Part shown: positions 45,406 to 60,421 of the stretch, piece by piece
Numbering within the stretch: the first letter of the stretch is position 1
How the letters are laid out: the number at the start of each line of letters is the position of its first letter
Assembly (NCBI GenBank): GCA_963828745.1
Contig: CAWHFZ010000012.1
Coordinates: 657,420 to 721,419 of the forward strand
Source: Vicinamibacteria bacterium
GTDB lineage: Bacteria > Acidobacteriota > Vicinamibacteria > Vicinamibacterales > JAENWD01
DNA length: 64,000 bases
Direction of reading: 5' to 3'
Program-made: the position numbers and the translations under genes
The notes under the pieces: generated by a model
The model's input: the letters and a program-made list of their open reading frames with translations, nothing else
What the model was told of the DNA's origin: nothing
The model's database searches: none

Positions 45406-45747
45406 GGTCGCCTCCTGATCTCCCGGCACCGCTGCGCCGTCGGCAAGAGCAATAAATCCGGTGTGTTTCAGAAAGGCTTCACAGGCTTCCAAAATGGTTT
45501 CATCCCCCTGATTTCTGGGCAAGGGGGTGGTGCGCTTCCGACGTGTAGTGTTCGATTGAATGCGCGGGCAGGTAGGTGGGAGCGGGACAGCCACAGACAC
45601 TTGAAAGGACCCGGGTGGTCTGCATCCCTGTCAACCGGCAAATGTCGCCCGCTCGGGGGCATCAAAATAGCTTATCTTGCCACCCTTGTTGCACTGGGCT
45701 AATCCTCAAAAAGTTCAATAGTCTAAAAAAATCTGCGGCGTTCGCGG

Positions 45748-46124
45748 TTGCAGCAAGGGGAAACGCCGGTGAGCGACATTTTGCAGAACTATCTTCCGCT
45801 TGTGGTATTTATAGGGATAGCGACCGTGATTGGCGCGGTTTTGCTGATCGCTCCCTTTATCGTTGCCTACCAACAGCCTGACCCGGAGAAACTTTCGGCC
45901 TATGAGTGCGGATTCAACGCATTCGACGACGCCCGCATGAAGTTTGACGTCAGGTTTTACCTGGTAGCTATCCTTTTCATTATTTTCGATCTTGAGGTCG
46001 CGTTCCTGTTTCCGTGGGCGGTCGCGTTCGGCAAACTTGGTGCCACGGGCTTTTGGTCAATGATCGTGTTTCTGGGGGTGCTGACTGTCGGTTTCGCCTA
46101 CGAATGGAAGAAAGGCGCGCTCGA

Positions 46125-46134
<10 letters not shown>
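45748..46134 (+). CDS. nuoA: NADH-quinone oxidoreductase subunit A
   Basis: YECGF and [11 protein letters not shown] motifs. The start is TTG 45748 or GTG 45769. Confidence 0.93.
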
Positions 46135-46738
<604 letters not shown>

Positions 46739-46749
46739 GGTTTGAAGGA

Positions 46750-47370
46750 ATGGACGACAGCAGGCTCGACGCCTTGGGTCAGATGATCGTTGCCACGCTT
46801 CCGGGTGTGGCCATCAGCCATTCCGTGGCGTTCGGTCAACTGAGTATTACGGTCGAGGCCGCGAAGATTGTTGAGATCGCGCGCTTCATCCGCGACGACC
46901 GGCGTTGCCGTTTCGTCAACATCACCGACGTGACCGCTGTCGACTATCCCGGCCGCGAGAAGCGGTTTGATGTGATCTATCACTTCCTGTCGCCGACGCT
47001 GAATACGCACATTCGCCTGCGCGCTCACGCCTCAGAGACCACGCAGGTGCCCTCGTTGATCGACGTTTTTCCCGGCGCGGACTGGTTCGAACGAGAGACC
47101 TACGACCTCTATGGCGTGATCTTTACCGGTCATCCCGACATGCGGCGTTTATTGACCGACTATGGATTCGACGGACATCCGTTGCGCAAGGATTTTCCGC
47201 TGACGGGCTTCGTCGAGGTGCGTTACGACGATGCCGAGAAACGGGTTGTGTACGAGCCGGTACGTCTAAGTCAGGAATTCCGCAAATTCGATTTCATGTC
47301 ACCGTGGGAAGGCGCGGACTATGCGCTGCCGGGTGACGAGAAGGCGACCTGCGACAAGGCGGGTAGCTGA
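46750..47370 (+). CDS. nuoC: NADH-quinone oxidoreductase subunit C
   Basis: [10 protein letters not shown]... with the [19 protein letters not shown] motif. Confidence 0.93.
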   Translation: MDDSRLDALGQMIVATLPGVAISHSVAFGQLSITVEAAKIVEIARFIRDDRRCRFVNITDVTAVDYPGREKRFDVIYHFLSPTLNTHIRLRAHASETTQVPSLIDVFPGADWFERETYDLYGVIFTGHPDMRRLLTDYGFDGHPLRKDFPLTGFVEVRYDDAEKRVVYEPVRLSQEFRKFDFMSPWEGADYALPGDEKATCDKAGS

Positions 47371-48579
47371 TGACCGAGGCACTTGGCACCGAAACTCCCG
47401 GTATGCGGAACTTCACCATCAATTTCGGACCGCAGCATCCGGCGGCGCACGGCGTGTTGCGCCTGGTGCTGGAACTGGATGGTGAGGTGGTCGAGCGCGT
47501 CGATCCGCACATCGGTCTGCTTCACCGCGGCACCGAGAAGCTGATCGAGCAAAAGACCTATCTTCAAGCGATCCCGTACTTCGATCGGCTTGATTACGTC
47601 GCGCCGATGAATTCAGGAGCACGCTTTCTGCCTCGCGGCCGAAAAGCTGCTGGGGATCGCGGTGCCACGCCGTGGCCAGTTGATCCGGGTGCTCTACTGC
47701 GAGATCGGCCGCATTCTCTCGCACCTTCTCAATGTCACCACGCAGGCGATGGATGTCGGCGCGCTCACGCCGCCCCTATGGGGCTTCGAGGAACGCGAGA
47801 AGCTGATGGTGTTTTATGAGCGCGCCTCGGGCTCGCGCATGCATGCCGCGTATTTCCGCATCGGCGGCGTGCATCAGGATCTGCCGCCGAAGCTGGTCGA
47901 TGACATCGACGCCTGGTGCGATCCGTTCCTTCAGGTCGTGGCCGACCTCGAAACGTTGCTGACCGGCAACCGCATCTTCAAGCAACGCAATGTCGATATC
48001 GGCGTAGTCAGCCTGAAGCAGGCCTGGGAATGGGGTTTCTCCGGCGTCATGGTTCGTGGCTCAGGCGCGGCCTGGGATTTGCGCAAGGCGCAACCCTACG
48101 AATGCTATTCCGAAATGGATTTCGACATTCCGATCGGCAAGAACGGCGACTGCTATGACCGTTACTGCATCCGCATGGAGGAGATGCGGCAGTCGGTGCG
48201 GATCATGAAGCAGTGCATAGCCAAGTTGCGCGCTTCTGACGGGCAGGGACCTGTCGCGGTCGAGGATCACAAGATTTTTCCCCCGCGCCGCAGTGAAATG
48301 AAACGTTCGATGGAAGCGTTGATCCATCACTTCAAGCTTTACACCGAAGGCTTTCACGTTCCGGCGGGTGAAGTCTATGCGGCGGTGGAAGCGCCCAAGG
48401 GCGAGTTCGGCGTGTTTCTTGTCTCCGACGGCAGCAACAAGCCATACAAGTGCAAGATCCGCGCGCCGGGTTTCGCGCATCTGCAGGCGATGGATTTCAT
48501 CTGCAGGGGGCATTTGCTGGCCGACGTCTCCGCCATTCTCGGCTCGCTCGACATCGTGTTCGGAGAGGTCGATCGGTGA
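47370..48579 (+). pseudogene. nuoD: NADH-quinone oxidoreductase subunit D, frame broken at ~47613
   Basis: ...[10 protein letters not shown]|[31 protein letters not shown]... with an extra T in AAT-T-CAG. Confidence 0.93.
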
Positions 48580-49541
48580 TCGCACGGCCGCCCATCCAGT
48601 TCGACCGGACCTCCGGCATTCTCGAGGGAGCCACCCCTTGGGAGCGCATGGCGGCGCTGGCGCTAGTCGCGGGCTCAAAAGTGTCGTCGCTGTTCTCGCA
48701 CCGCGGCTACAACAGTTGCGCCAACCTGCTGCGCAAGACGTTGCCAGAGCGCGATATCGGCGTCAGGCTCAATCCCGATGCCACGTTCGCGTTTCCCTAT
48801 GGCGACGGCTATTGGAGCAAGCTGCTGAATCGTTCTTTCAAGTATGAGGACGAACTTGAACTGCTATTTCGCGACTCCGCCGATATCGACTACACGCTGC
48901 TCGATTGCGGCGCCAATTACGGCTACTGGTCGGTGCTGGTGTCCAGCAAGCCATTCGGGTCGCGCAAGGCGATCGCGATCGAACCGTCGTCGAAGAATTT
49001 CGCCAGGCTTCTGAACAACGCGAAGATCAACGGCAATCGCTTCGAGGTGATGCAGAGCGCCATTGGCGGGACGCGTGGCACCGCGCGCTTGTCCGGCACC
49101 AAGCATGAGGCCTTCAGCATCGCCGGCGACGCCGATGCCGGCGGAGAGGATGTGCCGGTGCTGGCTCTCGACAACCTGCTCGACGACGGCCGGATTTCGC
49201 CTGACGGCAAGTACCTCATCAAGCTCGACGTCGAAGGCGTCGAGATCGAAGCGATAAAGGGCGGCGCCCGTGTGCTGCAAGGCGACGCTGTGATCCTGTG
49301 CGAGGAACATGGCAACGACCCAAGCCACGCTGTGTCGCGCTATATTCTTGAGCAGACGCCGCTGATGCTGATCGTCCACGATCCCGTCAGCAACCGTTTC
49401 GAAACTCTGAAAGAGCTTTCCATTCTGGATCGCATCAAGGTTGCCTCGCATGTTGGATACAACGTGTTCGGAACATCGAGTGCATTCTGGCAAGATCGTT
49501 TTCGCCGCCTGAACGCGACTGCGTCGCAACGTGTTCATTGA
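48576..49541 (+). CDS. FkbM-family methyltransferase embedded in the nuo operon
   Basis: GTG 48576 overlaps the nuoD stop (GTGA). Motifs: [45 protein letters not shown]. Confidence 0.8.
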   Translation: MIARPPIQFDRTSGILEGATPWERMAALALVAGSKVSSLFSHRGYNSCANLLRKTLPERDIGVRLNPDATFAFPYGDGYWSKLLNRSFKYEDELELLFRDSADIDYTLLDCGANYGYWSVLVSSKPFGSRKAIAIEPSSKNFARLLNNAKINGNRFEVMQSAIGGTRGTARLSGTKHEAFSIAGDADAGGEDVPVLALDNLLDDGRISPDGKYLIKLDVEGVEIEAIKGGARVLQGDAVILCEEHGNDPSHAVSRYILEQTPLMLIVHDPVSNRFETLKELSILDRIKVASHVGYNVFGTSSAFWQDRFRRLNATASQRVH

Positions 49542-49555
49542 GAGACTGAAATACA

Positions 49556-50310
49556 ATGTCCGTTCGCCGCCTGGCACCGAAAGAACAGCAGCCCGCGAGT
49601 TTCGCGTTCAGCGCGGAGAATCCTGCCTGGGCCAAAAAGCAGATCGAGCAATACCCTCCAGGCCGCCAGGCGTCCGCGGCCATCGCGATCTTGTGGCGCG
49701 CGCAGGAGCAGCATGACGGCTGGGTGTCGGAAGCCGCAATTCGCGTGGTGGCTGACATGCTCGATATGCCCTACATCCGCATGCTGGAGATCGCGACTTT
49801 CTACACGATGTTCCAGTTGCAGCCCGTCGGCAAGAAGGCGCACATTCAGGTGTGCGGCACGACGCCATGTCGGTTGCGCGGCGCTGAGGACGTTCTCGAC
49901 GTCTGCAAGAGCCGCATCCATCACGATCCCTTCCATCTGTCGAAGGATGGTGACTTCAGTTGGGAAGAGGTCGAATGCCTTGGCGCCTGCGTGAACGCGC
50001 CGATGGTGCTGATCTGGAAAGATACCTATGAGGATCTGACGAAGGAGAATTTCGGCAAGGTGCTGGACGGGTTCGCCTCGGGGCAGCCACCAAAACCCGG
50101 ACCACAAATTGACCGTCAGTTTTCGGCGCCCGTCGGTGGCCCGACGACTTTGAATACGGCGACTGCGAAAGGCGAGGGCGGACGCCGGGCGAGCGCTCAG
50201 CCGGCATTGACGGATGCGGACGCCAAGAAGCCAACCAATTCCGCAAGCCGGCGTGAAAGTCCTGCGCCCAAGCCGCCCGCCGATGACGCGACCAAAAAGG
50301 GCAAGACCTG

Positions 50311-50311
<1 letters not shown>
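49556..50311 (+). CDS. nuoE: NADH-quinone oxidoreductase subunit E
   Basis: [2Fe-2S] motif CGTTPC...C..AC, with a Pro/Lys-rich C-terminal tail. Confidence 0.93.
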
Positions 50312-51637
<1,326 letters not shown>

Positions 51638-51640
51638 ACG

Positions 51641-52129
51641 ATGTCGCAACCGAGCACCTTCTGGTGGCAGAGGTACGGGACGCTAGCCCAGATGGCGCAG
51701 GCGTCCGTGGCGCTGCTCGGTTTCGTCGCGATCCTATTCCAGATCAATGTGATCGCGTCCAACCATCGCGAGACCAGCGCGCGCCAAGCCTTTCTCGGTT
51801 ATACCGACCTGGCGTTCAAGAATCCGCAATTCTCGCATCCAGATTACGATTCGATCAAAGCCGGTGGCTCGTTGAGGAACCAGTACGAGAGTTTTGTTTC
51901 GTATTTCCTTTACGCGTGTGAGGAAGTGGTTTCTGCATTTGATGACAAACGCGAATGGCAGGCGTCCTGCAATTACGATCTGAAGCCCCATCTGGCGTTT
52001 CTCTGCGACAAGAACGCGGCTGAACCGGAATATCTGGCGACTTACGGCAACGACACCCAGCAGTGGGTTAAGACATCCTTGCAGAGCGCGAGTGTGACAC
52101 CTCCGGATTGCAAGTTGGGAAAGTCTTGA
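51641..52129 (+). CDS. hypothetical 162-aa protein embedded between nuoF and nuoG
   Basis: It is tightly packed, 3 nt after the nuoF stop and 4 nt before the nuoG ATG. It has one N-terminal TM segment (ASVALLGFVAILFQINVIA). No family recognised. Confidence 0.6.
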   Translation: MSQPSTFWWQRYGTLAQMAQASVALLGFVAILFQINVIASNHRETSARQAFLGYTDLAFKNPQFSHPDYDSIKAGGSLRNQYESFVSYFLYACEEVVSAFDDKREWQASCNYDLKPHLAFLCDKNAAEPEYLATYGNDTQQWVKTSLQSASVTPPDCKLGKS

Positions 52130-52133
52130 GGCA

Positions 52134-54209
52134 ATGACCAAACTCATCATCGACGGCAAAGAGATCGACGTGCCCGCCGAGTTTACACTGCTTCAGGCGT
52201 GCGAGGCCGCGGGCGCCGAGATTCCGCGCTTCTGTTACCATGAGCGGCTGTCGATCGCGGGCAATTGCCGGATGTGCCTTGTCGAGGTGAAGGGTGGTCC
52301 GAAGCCGGTCGCGAGCTGCGCCTGGGGCGTGCGCGATTGCCGTCCGGGCCCCAAGGGTGAACCGCCTGAAATCTCCACGCGGTCGCCGATGGTGAAGAAG
52401 GCGCGCGAAGGCGTGATGGAGTTCCTGCTGATCAACCATCCGCTCGATTGCCCGATCTGCGATCAGGGCGGCGAGTGCGATTTGCAGGATCAGGCGATGG
52501 GATACGGCGTCGACACCTCGCGTTTCGCCGAGAACAAGCGTGCGGTCGAGGACAAGTATCTCGGTGCGCTGGTCAAGACTTCGATGAACCGCTGCATCCA
52601 ATGCACGCGCTGTGTGCGCTTCTCCGCGGAAGTGTGCGGTGCGCCGGAAATGGGCGCGACCGGTCGCGGCGAAGATATGGAGATCACTACCTACCTGGAG
52701 AGCGCGCTCACATCGGAATTGCAGGGTAACCTCGTTGATATCTGTCCGGTCGGCGCATTGACCTCGAAGCCTTATGCATTCGCCGCACGGCCCTGGGAAC
52801 TCGGCAAGACGCAATCCATCGACGTAATGGACGCGGTCGGCTCAGCCATTCGGGTCGACACGCGCGGGCGCGAGGTGATGCGCATCCTGCCGCGCGTCAA
52901 TGAGGCTGTGAACGAGGAGTGGATTTCCGACAAAACCCGCCACGTCGTCGATGGACTGCGCACCCAGCGGCTCGATCGTCCCTACATCCGTGAAGATGGC
53001 AAGTTGCGCGCCGCCTCGTGGCCTGAAGCGTTCGCTGCGATCGCTGCAAAGGTGGCGCGATCCGATGGTAAGCGGACCGGCGCGATCGCCGGCGATCTTG
53101 CTGCTGTCGAGGAAATGTTCGCGCTAAAGGATTTATTGTCGAAGTTAGGATCGGTCAACGTCGCGGTGCAGGGTGCAGATGCCTTCGATCCAAAGCTCGG
53201 CCGCGCTTCGTACATCTTCAATCCGACCATCTCTGGCATCGAACAAGCGGACGCGCTGCTGATCGTGGGATCGAACCCGCGCAGGGAAGCGGCGATCCTC
53301 AACGCGCGCATCCGCAAGCGCTGGCGAACCGGTCAGCTCAAGATCGGCGTGATTGGCGAGAAGGCTGATCTGACTTACGACCATGATTATCTCGGCGCGG
53401 GTCCGGACTCGCTGTCCGAACTCGCGGCCGGGAAAAACAAATTTCGCGATGTGTTGATGGGTGCAAAGAATCCGATTGTATTGGTCGGTTCCGGTGCGAC
53501 CTCGCGCGCTGACGGCGCGGCCGTACTTGCTGCCGCGGCGAAGCTCGCGGTCGATGTCGGTGCGCTAAAGGACGGCTGGAACGGCTTTGGGGTGCTGCAG
53601 GGTGCGGCATCGCGGGTGGGTGCACTGGACGTCGGCTTCGCATCGGGGGCGGGCCGACTGAACGTAGCGCAGATGACCACACCGGGCGGGCTCGATATTC
53701 TGTTTTCGCTCGGCGCCGATGAGATCAAAGTGCCCGACGGCGTGTTCGTCGTCTATATCGGGACTCACGGCGATGCCGGCGCGCACCGCGCCGACATCAT
53801 CCTGCCGGGCGCCGCGTACACCGAGAAGGCCGGCATCTACGTCAATACGGAAGGCCGGGTGCAGATGGCGAACCGCGCTGGCTTCCCTCCGGGCGAGGCG
53901 CGGGAAGACTGGGCGATCATCCGCGCGTTATCCGAAGCGTTGGGTAAGAAGCTCGGATACGACTCGCTCGGCGCGCTGCGGGAGACGATCTTCAAAGCGA
54001 CGCCACATCTGATGCGGATCGACCAGATCGAGGCCGGCGATTCCGGCGCGATCAAAAAGCTTGCCGGCAGGGGCGGCAGCATCGAGAAATCGCCATTCAA
54101 GGCCGCGGTTCACGACTACTATCTTACCAATCCGATCGCGCGGGCCTCGGCTGTGATGGCGGAGTGCTCGCGGCTTGCGTCTGGTCACATGCTGACGGCA
54201 GCGGAGTGA
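52134..54209 (+). CDS. nuoG: NADH-quinone oxidoreductase subunit G
   Basis: 691 aa with N-terminal Fe-S motifs [18 protein letters not shown] and [14 protein letters not shown]. Confidence 0.95.
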   Translation: MTKLIIDGKEIDVPAEFTLLQACEAAGAEIPRFCYHERLSIAGNCRMCLVEVKGGPKPVASCAWGVRDCRPGPKGEPPEISTRSPMVKKAREGVMEFLLINHPLDCPICDQGGECDLQDQAMGYGVDTSRFAENKRAVEDKYLGALVKTSMNRCIQCTRCVRFSAEVCGAPEMGATGRGEDMEITTYLESALTSELQGNLVDICPVGALTSKPYAFAARPWELGKTQSIDVMDAVGSAIRVDTRGREVMRILPRVNEAVNEEWISDKTRHVVDGLRTQRLDRPYIREDGKLRAASWPEAFAAIAAKVARSDGKRTGAIAGDLAAVEEMFALKDLLSKLGSVNVAVQGADAFDPKLGRASYIFNPTISGIEQADALLIVGSNPRREAAILNARIRKRWRTGQLKIGVIGEKADLTYDHDYLGAGPDSLSELAAGKNKFRDVLMGAKNPIVLVGSGATSRADGAAVLAAAAKLAVDVGALKDGWNGFGVLQGAASRVGALDVGFASGAGRLNVAQMTTPGGLDILFSLGADEIKVPDGVFVVYIGTHGDAGAHRADIILPGAAYTEKAGIYVNTEGRVQMANRAGFPPGEAREDWAIIRALSEALGKKLGYDSLGALRETIFKATPHLMRIDQIEAGDSGAIKKLAGRGGSIEKSPFKAAVHDYYLTNPIARASAVMAECSRLASGHMLTAAE

Positions 54210-54214
54210 GCGTG

Positions 54215-55285
54215 ATGGCTGAGTTCTTCGCAAGCTCATTCTGGACCGGGTTTCTTTGGCCGCTGATCGTGATGAGCGCGCAGAGCGTGTTGCTACTCGT
54301 GGTGCTGCTGATCGCGATCGCCTACATCCTGCTCGCCGACCGTAAGATCTGGGCGGCGGTGCAGATCCGGCGTGGCCCCAACGTCGTCGGACCGTGGGGT
54401 CTGTTTCAGTCGTTCGCCGATCTTCTGAAGTTTGTGCTGAAGGAACCGATCATTCCGTCCAGCGCCAACAAGGGCGTGTTCCTGCTGGCACCACTGGTAT
54501 CCTGCGTGCTGGCGCTGGCGGCGTGGGCGGTAATCCCGGTCAATCTGAACTGGGTGATTTCCGACATCAACGTCGGGATTCTCTACATCTTCGCGATCTC
54601 GTCGCTGTCGATCTACGGCATCATCATGGCTGGCTGGTCGTCGAATTCGAAATATCCATTCCTCGCGGCATTGCGCTCGGCGGCGCAGATGGTCTCGTAT
54701 GAAGTCTCGATCGGCTTCGTTATCATCACGGTTTTGCTCTGCGCCGGCTCACTGAACCTCTCGGCTATCGTCGAGGCGCAGCATGTCCGCGGTTTGGGCA
54801 GCCTAATCGGATTGCCGTCGCTGACGTTCCTGAACTGGTACTGGCTGCCGCTGTTCCCGATGTTCGTGGTGTTCTACGTTTCGGCTCTGGCCGAGACCAA
54901 CCGTCCGCCGTTCGACCTGGTCGAGGCGGAATCCGAACTCGTCGCAGGATTCATGGTCGAGTATGGCTCGACGCCATATCTATTGTTCATGCTCGGCGAG
55001 TATGTCGCGATCACCACCATGTGCGCGATGTGTGCGATCCTGTTCATGGGCGGCTGGCTGCCGCCGATCGACCTGCCGCCGTTCACGTGGGTGCCCGGCA
55101 TCATCTGGTTCTCGCTGAAACTCCTGTTCATGTTCTTCCTGTTCGCGATGGCGAAGGCGATCGTGCCGCGCTATCGCTACGATCAACTGATGCGGCTGGG
55201 CTGGAAGGTGTTCTTGCCGCTGTCGCTGGCGATGGTGGTGATCGTGGCGGGCGTCCTGCAGTTCGCCGGCATCGCGCCGAAGTGA
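54215..55285 (+). CDS. nuoH: NADH-quinone oxidoreductase subunit H
   Basis: [10 protein letters not shown]..., [16 protein letters not shown] and ETNRPPFDL motifs. Confidence 0.94.
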   Translation: MAEFFASSFWTGFLWPLIVMSAQSVLLLVVLLIAIAYILLADRKIWAAVQIRRGPNVVGPWGLFQSFADLLKFVLKEPIIPSSANKGVFLLAPLVSCVLALAAWAVIPVNLNWVISDINVGILYIFAISSLSIYGIIMAGWSSNSKYPFLAALRSAAQMVSYEVSIGFVIITVLLCAGSLNLSAIVEAQHVRGLGSLIGLPSLTFLNWYWLPLFPMFVVFYVSALAETNRPPFDLVEAESELVAGFMVEYGSTPYLLFMLGEYVAITTMCAMCAILFMGGWLPPIDLPPFTWVPGIIWFSLKLLFMFFLFAMAKAIVPRYRYDQLMRLGWKVFLPLSLAMVVIVAGVLQFAGIAPK

Positions 55286-55292
55286 GGTTGTC

Positions 55293-55781
55293 ATGAGTAT
55301 CAATGTAACAGCCCGTTCGCTTCTGCTCTCCGAGTTCGTGTCGGCGTTTGTTCTCGCCATGCGTTATTTCTTCAAGCCAAAGCCGACGCTGAACTATCCG
55401 TTCGAGAAAGGGCCGATCTCGCCGCGTTTCCGTGGTGAGCATGCGCTGCGCCGCTATCCGAACGGCGAGGAGCGCTGCATCGCCTGCAAGTTGTGCGAGG
55501 CGATCTGTCCGGCGCAGGCCATTACCATTGAGGCCGGGCCACGCCGCAACGACGGCACACGGCGGACCGTGCGCTACGACATCGACATGGTGAAATGCAT
55601 CTATTGCGGACTGTGCCAGGAGGCCTGTCCGGTCGATGCAATCGTCGAGGGACCGAATTTCGAATTCGCGACCGAGACCCGCGAGGAACTCTATTATGAC
55701 AAGGCCAAGCTGCTCGCCAACGGCGACCGCTGGGAGCGCGAGATTGCGAAAGCGATCGAACTCGATGCGCCGTACCGGTGA
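55293..55781 (+). CDS. nuoI: NADH-quinone oxidoreductase subunit I
   Basis: Two CxxCxxCxxxCP ferredoxin motifs. Confidence 0.95.
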   Translation: MSINVTARSLLLSEFVSAFVLAMRYFFKPKPTLNYPFEKGPISPRFRGEHALRRYPNGEERCIACKLCEAICPAQAITIEAGPRRNDGTRRTVRYDIDMVKCIYCGLCQEACPVDAIVEGPNFEFATETREELYYDKAKLLANGDRWEREIAKAIELDAPYR

Positions 55782-55790
55782 GGTGAGAGT

Positions 55791-56429
55791 ATGATTCTTC
55801 CCGCACTGTTCTTCTATCTGTTCGCCGGCGTGTGCGTTGCATCCGCCGCGATGGTCATTACGTCGCGCAATCCTGTGCACTCGGTGCTGTTTCTGATCCT
55901 GGCATTCGTCAACGCCTCCGGCCTGTTCATCCTGATGGGCGCGGAATTTCTCGCGATGATCCTTGTCGTGGTTTATGTCGGCGCCGTCGCGGTGTTGTTC
56001 CTGTTTGTCATCATGATGCTGGATGTCGATTTTACCGAACTGCGCGAGGGCTTTCTCGAATATTTGCCGTTCGGCCTGGTGATCGGCGGAATCTTCTTGC
56101 TGGAACTGCTGCTCGTGGTCGGGGGCTTGACCATCAATCCCTCGGTCACGAAATCGATCACAGCGGCCATTCCGGCCAACGTCAGCAATACCGAGGCGCT
56201 CGGCCTCGTGCTCTATACGCAGTACATTCATTATTTCCAGCTCGCCGGCATGGTGCTGCTGGTGGCGATGATCGGCGCCATCGTGCTGACGCTGCGGCAC
56301 AAGGCGAACGTCAAGCGGCAGGATATCAATGTCCAGAACGCGAGGACTCCCGACCTGGCCATGAGCGTGCGCAAGGTTGCCTCCGGTCAGGGACTGCAGG
56401 ACGCTGACGCGGCGGAGTGGGTACGATGA
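55791..56429 (+). CDS. nuoJ: NADH-quinone oxidoreductase subunit J
   Basis: 212-aa membrane ORF in the conserved position. Confidence 0.9.
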   Translation: MILPALFFYLFAGVCVASAAMVITSRNPVHSVLFLILAFVNASGLFILMGAEFLAMILVVVYVGAVAVLFLFVIMMLDVDFTELREGFLEYLPFGLVIGGIFLLELLLVVGGLTINPSVTKSITAAIPANVSNTEALGLVLYTQYIHYFQLAGMVLLVAMIGAIVLTLRHKANVKRQDINVQNARTPDLAMSVRKVASGQGLQDADAAEWVR

Positions 56430-56734
56430 CGATCGGGCTAGGGCACTATCTGGCAGTCGCCGCGATCCTGTTCACGCTGGGAATCCTCGGTATCTTCCTT
56501 AACCGCAAGAACATCATCGTCATCCTGATGTCGGTGGAGTTGATCTTGCTGGCGGTGAATATCAACCTGGTGGCGTTCTCGGCGTTCCTGGGCGACATCG
56601 TCGGCCAGGTATTTGCGCTACTGGTGCTCACGGTCGCCGCGGCCGAGACGGCGATCGGGCTTGCGGTTCTCGTGGTGTATTTCCGCAACCGCGGTTCGAT
56701 CGCGGTTGAAGACGTCAACCTGATGAAGGGCTGA
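56426..56734 (+). CDS. nuoK: NADH-quinone oxidoreductase subunit K
   Basis: ATGA overlap with the nuoJ stop. ~102 aa with three TM helices. Confidence 0.92.
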   Translation: MTIGLGHYLAVAAILFTLGILGIFLNRKNIIVILMSVELILLAVNINLVAFSAFLGDIVGQVFALLVLTVAAAETAIGLAVLVVYFRNRGSIAVEDVNLMKG

Positions 56735-56737
56735 AGT

Positions 56738-56799
56738 ATGATCCGGAAAAGTGAGGACCGGCTTTCCCCGACCAATGGGTTCATTGGTCGCGAGATCAT
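56738..56799. repeat. palindromic intergenic element in the nuoK-nuoL spacer
   Basis: ATGATCCGGAAAAGT... (13/15 identical to the arm ATGATCCCGAAAACT of the 42589-42630 element), a perfect hairpin GACCAATG-GGTT-CATTGGTC (56770-56789), then ...GAGATCATGC. Confidence 0.5.
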
Positions 56800-56817
56800 G
56801 CTCCATAAGGTGGGTGC

Positions 56818-58887
56818 ATGATCCAGGCAATCGTCTTTCTGCCGCTGATCGGCGCGATCCTCGCTGGGCTGATCGCACTGGCGGGCGCGCATGCGCGCAA
56901 CCCCAGTGGCGATACGGTCGATCATCATGACGCCCATGGTGATGCTCACGCAGCGACCGCGCACGATGATCACGGGCACGGTGACAGTCACGGTCACGAC
57001 GACCATCATGTCAGCGAACCACCGGCGGTGGGATCGCGCGCCGCCGAACTGATCACGACGATCTTGCTGATTGCGTCGGCCGGCCTGTCATGGGTAACGC
57101 TGGTCGACGTCGGGTTCATGCATCACGACGCACGGATCGCGTTGTTCCCGTGGATTAACTCGGGTGATTTGCAAATCGCATGGTCGTTGCGGGTTGATAC
57201 GTTGACGGCGGTGATGCTCGTTGTCGTCACCACGGTGTCGTCATTGGTGCACTTCTATTCCATCGGCTACATGGACGAAGATCCAAATCGCCCGCGCTTT
57301 TTCGGCTATCTGTCGCTGTTCACCTTCGCGATGCTGATGCTGGTGACGGCGGACAATCTGGTTCAACTGTTTTTTGGCTGGGAAGGCGTTGGTCTTGCCA
57401 GCTACTTGCTGATCGGTTTCTGGTATCAGAAGCCCTCGGCTAATGCGGCGGCGATCAAGGCATTCGTGGTCAATCGCGTCGGCGATTTCGGCTTTTCGCT
57501 CGGCATTTTCGCGGTGTTCATGCTGATAGGTTCGACCGACTTCGATACCATCTTCAGCGCTGCGCCGGGTCTGGCGGGAAAGACGATTCAGTTCTTTGCC
57601 TGGAACGTCGACGCATTGACGCTGACCTGTCTGCTGCTTTTCATGGGCGCAATGGGCAAATCCGCCCAGTTCCTGCTGCACACCTGGTTGCCGGACGCCA
57701 TGGAAGGCCCGACGCCGGTATCGGCGCTGATCCACGCGGCGACCATGGTGACCGCAGGTGTCTTTATGGTAGCGCGGCTGTCACCGTTGTTTGAACTGGC
57801 GCCGGATGCGCAAGCGTTCGTGATGTTCATCGGTGCGACCACGGCTTTGTTCGCGGCGACGATCGGTCTCGTCCAGAACGACATCAAGCGTATCATAGCC
57901 TATTCGACCTGCTCGCAGCTCGGCTACATGTTCGTGGCGATGGGAGCAGGGGCTTATTCCGTCGGCATGTTCCACCTGTTCACCCACGCATTCTTCAAGG
58001 CGCTGTTGTTCTTGGGCTCCGGGTCGGTCATCTACGCGATGCATCACGAGCAGGACATCCGCAACATGGGCGGCCTGTGGCGCAAGATCCCCTACACATT
58101 CGCAGTGATGTGTATCGGCACGTTGGCGCTCACCGGCTTTCCGCTGTTCGCGGGCTACTTCTCCAAGGATGCGATCATCGAATCCGCTTATGTCTCGCAT
58201 AATCCATTCGCAACCTATGCGTTCCTGTCGACGGTAATCGCCGCCGGGTTGACGTCGTTCTATTCGTGGCGGCTTATCTTCAAGACGTTCTTCGGAGAGC
58301 CGCACAATGAGGCCCATTATAAGGCCGCGCACGAGGCGCCGATCTGGATGTTGATTCCGATCGGCATTCTCGCTGCCGGATCGATCTTCGCGGGCTTCCC
58401 GTTCAAGGAGTTGTTCACGGGCCATGGGGTCGAGGAGTTCTTCCGGGAATCCCTCAAAATGCATCCGCACATCATCGATGAAATGCACCACATCCCGCAA
58501 TCCGTCGGCTTCCTGCCCACCGCGATGATGATTTTCGGGTTTGTGGTGGCTTGGCTATTCTATATCAGTCGGCCGTATCTGCCGGTCGAACTCGCGCGCC
58601 AGCACCAGACGCTCTACCAGTTCCTGCTCAACAAATGGTACTTCGACGAACTGTATGATTTTGTCTTCGTGCGTCCGGCGAAGTGGCTCGGCCGCTTCCT
58701 GTGGAAGAAGGGCGACGGCTTCGTCATTGATGGCTTTGGTCCCGATGGTGTCTCGGCCGGCGTGCTCGATGTCACTCGCAATGTGGTCAGGCTCCAGACC
58801 GGCTACCTCTATCACTACGCATTCGCGATGCTGATCGGCGTCGCCGGCTTGATCACCTGGTTCATGTTCGGCGTGGGAGGCCAGTAA
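56818..58887 (+). CDS. nuoL: NADH-quinone oxidoreductase subunit L (with a His/Asp-rich insertion after TM1)
   Basis: 689 aa with conserved antiporter-like core motifs ([15 protein letters not shown]). Confidence 0.94.
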   Translation: MIQAIVFLPLIGAILAGLIALAGAHARNPSGDTVDHHDAHGDAHAATAHDDHGHGDSHGHDDHHVSEPPAVGSRAAELITTILLIASAGLSWVTLVDVGFMHHDARIALFPWINSGDLQIAWSLRVDTLTAVMLVVVTTVSSLVHFYSIGYMDEDPNRPRFFGYLSLFTFAMLMLVTADNLVQLFFGWEGVGLASYLLIGFWYQKPSANAAAIKAFVVNRVGDFGFSLGIFAVFMLIGSTDFDTIFSAAPGLAGKTIQFFAWNVDALTLTCLLLFMGAMGKSAQFLLHTWLPDAMEGPTPVSALIHAATMVTAGVFMVARLSPLFELAPDAQAFVMFIGATTALFAATIGLVQNDIKRIIAYSTCSQLGYMFVAMGAGAYSVGMFHLFTHAFFKALLFLGSGSVIYAMHHEQDIRNMGGLWRKIPYTFAVMCIGTLALTGFPLFAGYFSKDAIIESAYVSHNPFATYAFLSTVIAAGLTSFYSWRLIFKTFFGEPHNEAHYKAAHEAPIWMLIPIGILAAGSIFAGFPFKELFTGHGVEEFFRESLKMHPHIIDEMHHIPQSVGFLPTAMMIFGFVVAWLFYISRPYLPVELARQHQTLYQFLLNKWYFDELYDFVFVRPAKWLGRFLWKKGDGFVIDGFGPDGVSAGVLDVTRNVVRLQTGYLYHYAFAMLIGVAGLITWFMFGVGGQ

Positions 58888-60396
58888 ATGACGACGTGGC
58901 CAATCCTGTTTATCACGACGTTCCTTCCGACGTTCGGCGCGCTGCTGGTCTATGTCATGGCGCGCGGCGACGACGAGGTTGCCAATCGCACGGCTCGCTG
59001 GATCGCGCTGTGGACGACGATCGTCACCTTTGCGGTATCACTGATCCTGGTTGTACGTTTCGATACGGCCGACGGTGGCTTTCAGTTTGTCGAGCAGGCG
59101 ACCTGGCTTGCCAGCGGCATTCGCTATCACATGGGTGTCGACGGCATTTCGCTGCCGTTCGTGATCTTGACCACTGCGTTGATGCCGTTCTGCATCATCG
59201 CGAGCTGGAAATCCGTCACCAGCCGCGTTCGCGAATACATGATGGCGTTCCTGATCTTGGAAACGCTGATGGTCGGCACCTTCTCGTCGCTCGACCTCGT
59301 ACTGTTCTACCTTTTCTTCGAGGGCGGCCTGATCCCGATGTTCCTTATCATTGGAGTGTGGGGTGGTCCTCGCCGGGTCTACGCGTCCTTCAAGTTCTTT
59401 CTCTATACGCTACTCGGCTCGGTTCTGATGCTGCTGGCCATCATGGCGCTCTACTGGAATGCCGGTACCACCGACATCCCGACGCTGATGCATACCGCTG
59501 TCCCGCACAAGCTGCAGACCTGGGCCTGGCTGGCATTCTTTGCGTCCTTCGCGGTGAAGATGCCGATGTGGCCGGTGCATACCTGGCTGCCGGACGCGCA
59601 CGTTGAGGCGCCGACGGCCGGCTCCGTGGTGCTGGCAGCCATCCTGCTGAAGATGGGCGGCTACGGTTTCCTGCGCTTTTCGCTGCCGATGTTCCCGCTG
59701 GCGTCGCATGATTTCGCGCCGCTGGTCTTTACGCTTTCGACGATCGCGATCGTCTACACCTCGCTGGTGGCGCTGATGCAGGAGGACATGAAGAAACTGA
59801 TCGCCTATTCGTCGGTAGCCCACATGGGCTTCGTAACCATGGGAATTTTTGCCGGCACTATGCAAGGGGTCGCCGGCGGAGTGTTCCAGATGGTGTCGCA
59901 CGGCATCGTGTCGGGCGCGTTGTTCCTCTGTGTCGGTATTGTTTACGATCGCATGCATACCCGTGAGATCGCGTCCTATGGCGGGCTGGTCAACCGGATG
60001 CCGCTCTATGCGCTGGTGTTCTTTATCTTCACGATGGCCAATGTCGGACTGCCCGGAACATCCGGCTTCGTAGGTGAATTCCTGTCGCTGATCGGCACCT
60101 TCAAGGTCAGCATTCCTACGGCGGTGGTAGCGACGCTCGGCGTTATCCTGTCGGCGGCCTACGCCTTGTGGCTGTATCGCAAGATCGTGTTCGGCGCGCT
60201 CGTCAAGCCGTCGCTTGCGACCATCAAGGATCTCACGTTCCGCGAGGGCCTGACCCTGGCGCCGCTGGTGGCGCTGACCATCCTGCTCGGCGTTTACCCG
60301 AAGCCGGTGCTCGACGTCTCGGCGGCTTCGGTACAACTTCTTGTCAATAACTATGCAACCGCGACCTCTGCCATCAAGGCGGCGGCGCTGCAATGA
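58888..60396 (+). CDS. nuoM: NADH-quinone oxidoreductase subunit M
   Basis: 502-aa antiporter-like subunit. Confidence 0.94.
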   Translation: MTTWPILFITTFLPTFGALLVYVMARGDDEVANRTARWIALWTTIVTFAVSLILVVRFDTADGGFQFVEQATWLASGIRYHMGVDGISLPFVILTTALMPFCIIASWKSVTSRVREYMMAFLILETLMVGTFSSLDLVLFYLFFEGGLIPMFLIIGVWGGPRRVYASFKFFLYTLLGSVLMLLAIMALYWNAGTTDIPTLMHTAVPHKLQTWAWLAFFASFAVKMPMWPVHTWLPDAHVEAPTAGSVVLAAILLKMGGYGFLRFSLPMFPLASHDFAPLVFTLSTIAIVYTSLVALMQEDMKKLIAYSSVAHMGFVTMGIFAGTMQGVAGGVFQMVSHGIVSGALFLCVGIVYDRMHTREIASYGGLVNRMPLYALVFFIFTMANVGLPGTSGFVGEFLSLIGTFKVSIPTAVVATLGVILSAAYALWLYRKIVFGALVKPSLATIKDLTFREGLTLAPLVALTILLGVYPKPVLDVSAASVQLLVNNYATATSAIKAAALQ

Positions 60397-60421
60397 TCAC
60401 GGCAGGTCAGGGCCACCAACT

